Assembly (NCBI GenBank): GCA_034521595.1
Contig: JAXHMG010000003.1
Coordinates: 2,432,001-2,496,000, forward strand
Direction: 5' to 3'
DNA length: 64,000 bases
Source: Gemmatimonadota bacterium
Lineage (GTDB): Bacteria > Gemmatimonadota > Gemmatimonadetes > Longimicrobiales > Gaopeijiaceae
Shown one piece after another: positions 59,937 to 64,000 of the stretch (positions within the stretch are counted from its first letter, which is position 1; every line of letters starts with the position of its first letter). The notes under the pieces were generated by a model. The model saw nothing but the letters and a program-made list of their open reading frames with translations. It did no database searches and had not been told where the DNA came from. The position numbers and the translations under genes were made by a program.

Positions 59937-59959
59937 GCGGCGTCACCCGGAAAACGCGG

Positions 59960-61390
59960 TCACCGACTCCCTCGGACCTCGCTCGAGCGTGCCGGAGCAC
60001 CGAGGCCGTACCTAGACTCCACCTCGTCGATCGTGGCTTGGAGCAATGCCTCGATGAGGAACGGGTTGTGCACCGCCGCCCCAGGCGAGCGCGCGAGCTC
60101 GAGGTTGAACTGCGCCCCTTCACCCACCGTGTACCGGTCGTCCGTCTCGTCGAACTCGCTTTCGGGGATCTGAGCGATGAGGGATTCGAGATCGTCGGCG
60201 TCGCCGGCGATCCGGTTCTCTGCATTGATTTGCAGGTTACGGGCAACGTCCGCGGACCCGTGGCAACCCGAAGCCGTGCACCCCTGGTAGGAGCGTTCCT
60301 CCGGCTGACATCCGTCCGCGCCGGTGGGGATGCCGTCCGCGTCCACGCATGGCGTCGCCTCGAACGAGTGCCCCGTCGACTGGAAGACGAGCTCCTCCGT
60401 GTCCTGGTCGACGATCTCGAACGACTGCACGTGACACGACGCGCAGAGGCCCGGGTTCGCTTCCGGAGTCCCGTGCGTGCCGACGAGGCGCCCGCCCGGG
60501 AAGCTCATATCGGACGGCCACCATCCGGCCACGCCGAGCAGCGTGGGGCCCTCCGGAGCATGCGGGCCCCGGAACGTGGTGGGATCGGGGGTCCCGCGCT
60601 TGTTGTGGCACATCATGCAAAGGTTCTGATCTTCGTTCGGCACGTTCGTGGCGAACCTGAGCTGCGCCGGGTTGTCCGAGCCGTGAGGATCGTGACAGAC
60701 CGCGCAGGTGATCGAAAGGTGCTCACCGTCTTCTGCGACGTCGTCCTGTTCGAGGTACGTGGTGTTCACCCCGAACATCTCGAGGGCACCCTCGCCCGTG
60801 TGGCAACTGGAACAATCCGCTCTACCGGCCGGATAGGAGTTGAACTGTCCGTGGCCGGATTCCGACCATTCGTCGGCGAACGGATGGTGCGCGCCCTGAT
60901 GGCACTCGGCGCAGCCACTGGTGAGATCCAATCCCACGTCCATGGGAGCGGAGGGGACCGTGGCATCGTTCGGGTCCTCGACGTGAGCGAGCCCTGGGCC
61001 GTGACACGCCTCACACTGAACGTCCTCGTAGCGCGCTTCACCGGTCGCTGCGTGTCCCATCGTGCCCGTGGTCACGTTCCCCAGCTCGCCCACCGTGTGG
61101 CAGCCTTCGCAAAAGCCCTGGGCGTGCCCGCTGTCCTGCAGGCCATCCCAGGCCGACGCGTGGGCGGTTTCGACCCAGTCCTGCTGCGTGCCGATGTGGC
61201 AGTTGCCGCAGACCGTGAGCTTGTCATCGCTGTCGCTGTAGCCGAGAAAGGACCCGGCGGCGTCGAGCGGATCTTCGAACAGCTCACGGTCCCGGAAGAC
61301 CACTTGCTCGTCGACGCAAGCGGCGGTCGCGACGAGGGAGCCGGCAACGATGCTCAACAAGGCCACGCGCATGATTCGAGTCGGCATCAT
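59960..61390 (-). CDS. Multiheme cytochrome c lipoprotein (8 CxxCH + 1 CX4CH)
   Basis: TAAC lipobox; WVETAH, VQCEACHGPG, ITCAVCHDPH; helical C-terminus AVHNPFLIEALL. Confidence 0.9.
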   Translation of the reverse strand: MMPTRIMRVALLSIVAGSLVATAACVDEQVVFRDRELFEDPLDAAGSFLGYSDSDDKLTVCGNCHIGTQQDWVETAHASAWDGLQDSGHAQGFCEGCHTVGELGNVTTGTMGHAATGEARYEDVQCEACHGPGLAHVEDPNDATVPSAPMDVGLDLTSGCAECHQGAHHPFADEWSESGHGQFNSYPAGRADCSSCHTGEGALEMFGVNTTYLEQDDVAEDGEHLSITCAVCHDPHGSDNPAQLRFATNVPNEDQNLCMMCHNKRGTPDPTTFRGPHAPEGPTLLGVAGWWPSDMSFPGGRLVGTHGTPEANPGLCASCHVQSFEIVDQDTEELVFQSTGHSFEATPCVDADGIPTGADGCQPEERSYQGCTASGCHGSADVARNLQINAENRIAGDADDLESLIAQIPESEFDETDDRYTVGEGAQFNLELARSPGAAVHNPFLIEALLQATIDEVESRYGLGAPARSSEVRGSR

Positions 61391-61671
61391 CCGGCTCCAC
61401 TCCTTCGGCTGCGGTCAGGTGGCGGTTGGCACGGGTTCCCGTGCCACGACGTGGCGTCGGCAGCCCGGCGGCGTCCGAAGCCTCCGGGATTTCCCTGATT
61501 CGACCGGGGGGAGGGTGTCCGTGATCTTACGGACCCGGCACACACTATGTTGGCACGGCGGGAGGCACGGCCGCAAGGGCCACGCCCGTTCGCATGGAGC
61601 ACGGCCCGAGCCGGGCGGCGCGATTTACCAGCTAAACCGCGCCGTCCCTGCTCGAACGGAGCGTCGGCCGC

Positions 61672-62856
61672 CTAAAAGGCGCTTAGGCCCGTGACGGCCT
61701 GACCGAGGATCAGCGAGTGGATGTCGTGCGTCCCTTCATACGTGTAGACGGACTCGAGGTTGGCCATGTGCCGCATCGAATGGTACTCGACGAGGATGCC
61801 GTTCCCTCCGAGCAGTCGTCGTGCCTCGCGCGCCACATCCGTGGCCATGTCGCAGTTCGCCCGTTTCGCCAGGGACACCTGCTGAGGCGTCATCGTGCCG
61901 TCGTCCTTCATCCGGCCGAGGCGGTAAGACAGGAGCTGACCTTGCGTGATGCTCGTGAGCATGTCGGCCAGGCGAACCTGCTGGATCTGCTTTCCGCCGA
62001 TGGGCGTGTCGAACATGACCCGCTCCTTCGCGTAGGACCGGGCCTCGTCGAAGCAGGCCATGGCCGCGCCGACGACCCCCCAGGCGATCCCGTAACGCGC
62101 CTGTGTCAGACACATCAGTGGGTGCTTGAGTCCTCGCGTGCTTTCGGGCATGAGAGCGTCGTCCGGCACCTCCACGTCCTCGAGCACGAGCTCGCTCGTG
62201 TCGGAGGCCAGAAGGGACAGCTTTCCCTTCTGGTCGCGTGCGCTGAATCCCGGGGTGTCGGTGGGCACCACGAAGCCCCGGATACCTTTCGGATCCCCGA
62301 GCTCACCGGTCTGCGCCCAGACCACGGCCACGTCCGCCATGGACCCGTTCGTGATCCACATCTTGGCCCCGTTGAGCACCCACCCGTCCGACGTCTTCTT
62401 GGCCGTCGTGACCATCCCCGACGGGTTGGAGCCGTAGTCGGGCTCCGTGAGCCCGAAGCACCCTACGGCCTCACCGGTGGCGAGCTTCGGCAACCAGGTG
62501 GTGCGATGCTCCTCGCTTCCGAACGCGAAGATCGGGTACATGACCAGCGCGCCCTGAACCGAAACGAACGAACGGATCCCCGAGTCGCCCCGCTCGAGCT
62601 CCTGCATGATGAGCCCGTAGGCCACGTTGTTCAGCCCCGCGCATCCATACTTCTCGGGCAGGTTCGCCCCGAGGACGCCCAGCTCCCCGAGCTCGGGAAT
62701 CAGCTCCTTCGGAAAACGCCGTTCCGTGTATGCCTCTCCGATGATCGGCATGAGCCGGTCGTCGACCCAGGAGCGGACGGTATCCCGCACCATGCGCTCT
62801 TCGTCGGAGAGCAGGGAGTCGATGTCGTAAAAGTCGATACCTTCGAAGCGCGCCAT
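61672..62856 (-). CDS. Acyl-CoA dehydrogenase (glutaryl-CoA dehydrogenase-like)
   Basis: ELERGDSGIRS, GCFGLTEPDYGSNP, KMWITNG, VYTYEGTHDIH. Confidence 0.92.
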   Translation of the reverse strand: MARFEGIDFYDIDSLLSDEERMVRDTVRSWVDDRLMPIIGEAYTERRFPKELIPELGELGVLGANLPEKYGCAGLNNVAYGLIMQELERGDSGIRSFVSVQGALVMYPIFAFGSEEHRTTWLPKLATGEAVGCFGLTEPDYGSNPSGMVTTAKKTSDGWVLNGAKMWITNGSMADVAVVWAQTGELGDPKGIRGFVVPTDTPGFSARDQKGKLSLLASDTSELVLEDVEVPDDALMPESTRGLKHPLMCLTQARYGIAWGVVGAAMACFDEARSYAKERVMFDTPIGGKQIQQVRLADMLTSITQGQLLSYRLGRMKDDGTMTPQQVSLAKRANCDMATDVAREARRLLGGNGILVEYHSMRHMANLESVYTYEGTHDIHSLILGQAVTGLSAF

Positions 62857-63018
62857 CTCAGAACCTTCCGCGTCCAGTGAATCAATCGAGTGCGACCGTC
62901 GTCATACGAGTGACGTTCAAGATAACTCGGCGCCGCTCTCGAGCGACCCCGAGCCCCCTGGTCCAGCCGCGGCAGCGGGCCGGCGGCCGCAGACGCTTCC
63001 GTCCGCCGGCCCCGAGCC

Positions 63019-63396
63019 TCAGGCCGGGTGATCCGTGGGAGGCGCATCGGGGGGCTTCGCCTCGACGGCCCGTCGGTTCCTGAAGCGCATCACACCGTAC
63101 GCGAACTCCCGCGCGACCTTCTGACCGAGCCAGATCGCCGCGGCCACGGTTCCGATCCAGGCGCCGAGGAGCATGCGGGTGGCTCCGACTCCGAGCCAGA
63201 TGTAGAGGGCGATCGCCGCGCCGAAGAGCACACCACCCAACCACCCCCACCACCCCGCCCGGTTACGGGCGTCCCGGCGGCACTCCTCGCACCAGAGAAG
63301 CCGGTCGAGGTGCATCACGTCGTAAACCTCGAGGCATCGGACGCACGTCACCTCCTCGGGGTATCGATCACGCCAGGTGGGTGGATCGGAGGCCAT
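63019..63396 (-). CDS. Small membrane protein with CxxC..CxxC zinc ribbon
   Basis: CVRC..LDRLLWCEEC then two TM helices. Confidence 0.7.
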   Translation of the reverse strand: MASDPPTWRDRYPEEVTCVRCLEVYDVMHLDRLLWCEECRRDARNRAGWWGWLGGVLFGAAIALYIWLGVGATRMLLGAWIGTVAAAIWLGQKVAREFAYGVMRFRNRRAVEAKPPDAPPTDHPA

Positions 63397-63404
63397 GACG
63401 CCCG

Positions 63405-64000
63405 TCAGCTCCCTTCCATGGCTTCGAGCAGCGCGTCGGTGTAGGCCACGGTGCCCGCCGAGCCGCCCATATCCCTGGTGCGTGGCCCACCGTCCCGCAC
63501 CACGGTGTCGACGGCCGCCCGGATACGCTTCGCCGCGTCCCACTCCTCCAAGTGCTCGAGCATGAGACAGGCCGAAAGCAGGAGTCCTGTGGGATTGGCC
63601 ACGCCCTGCCCGGCGATGTCGGGTGCGCTCCCGTGCACGGCTTCGAACATGGCGGCGTCCTTCCCGATGTTCCCGGCGGGAGCGAAGCCCAATCCGCCGA
63701 TCAGGCCGGCCATTAGATCGGACAGGATGTCGCCGAACATGTTCTCCATGACCAGGACGTCGAACTGGTACGGGTCGAGCACGAGCTGCATCGCCGTGGC
63801 GTCGATGATGCGGTCTTCCCACTCGATATCCGGGTACTCCTTCGCCACCTCGGCCGCGACTTCCAGGAACAACCCCTGGGTATACTTCAGGATGTTGGCC
63901 TTATGAGCCAACGTCACCTTCTTCCGGCCGTGCGCGCGGGCATAATCGAATGCGTAACGACACACGCGCTCGGCTCCGAAGCGCGTAACGATCATCACCG
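63405..64000 (-). CDS. Isocitrate/isopropylmalate dehydrogenase family (NAD-IDH-like), 5' end outside window
   Basis: [34 protein letters not shown]. Confidence 0.9.
   Translation of the reverse strand, partial: VMIVTRFGAERVCRYAFDYARAHGRKKVTLAHKANILKYTQGLFLEVAAEVAKEYPDIEWEDRIIDATAMQLVLDPYQFDVLVMENMFGDILSDLMAGLIGGLGFAPAGNIGKDAAMFEAVHGSAPDIAGQGVANPTGLLLSACLMLEHLEEWDAAKRIRAAVDTVVRDGGPRTRDMGGSAGTVAYTDALLEAMEGS

Noticed and set aside
59960-61390. NrfA/octaheme nitrite reductase assignment
   Set aside because: No CxxCK catalytic motif; only the helical C-terminus is reminiscent

Overview
High-GC bacterial chromosomal window. The gene content (SusC/SusD pair, 6-bladed propeller lipoprotein, plug-only lipoprotein, exported creatininase, acidic secreted proteins) suggests Gemmatimonadota/Longimicrobiales; this is an inference, not a database result. 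It is mostly ordinary metabolism: glycogen cluster, acyl-CoA and isocitrate dehydrogenases, ECF sigma/anti-sigma, RNase P RNA, tRNA-Arg(CCG) and tRNA-Lys(CTT). The standout is a tightly coupled minus-strand operon at 54932-61390. It encodes three multiheme c-type cytochromes (about 45 heme motifs counted by eye, 4 of them CX4CH), a predicted outer-membrane beta-barrel and a TPR lipoprotein, which together look like a complete inner-membrane-to-surface porin-cytochrome electron conduit. Other notable items: an ApbE plus NosR-like flavinylation module with no nosZ in the window; a double-GH57 fusion; a GCS2-CBS ligase coupled to an M14 peptidase; tandem copies of the tRNA-Arg 3' end with its terminator beside a decayed toxin-antitoxin islet; and a candidate structured ncRNA at about 14750-14851. 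All calls come from motif recognition by eye; no searches were run.
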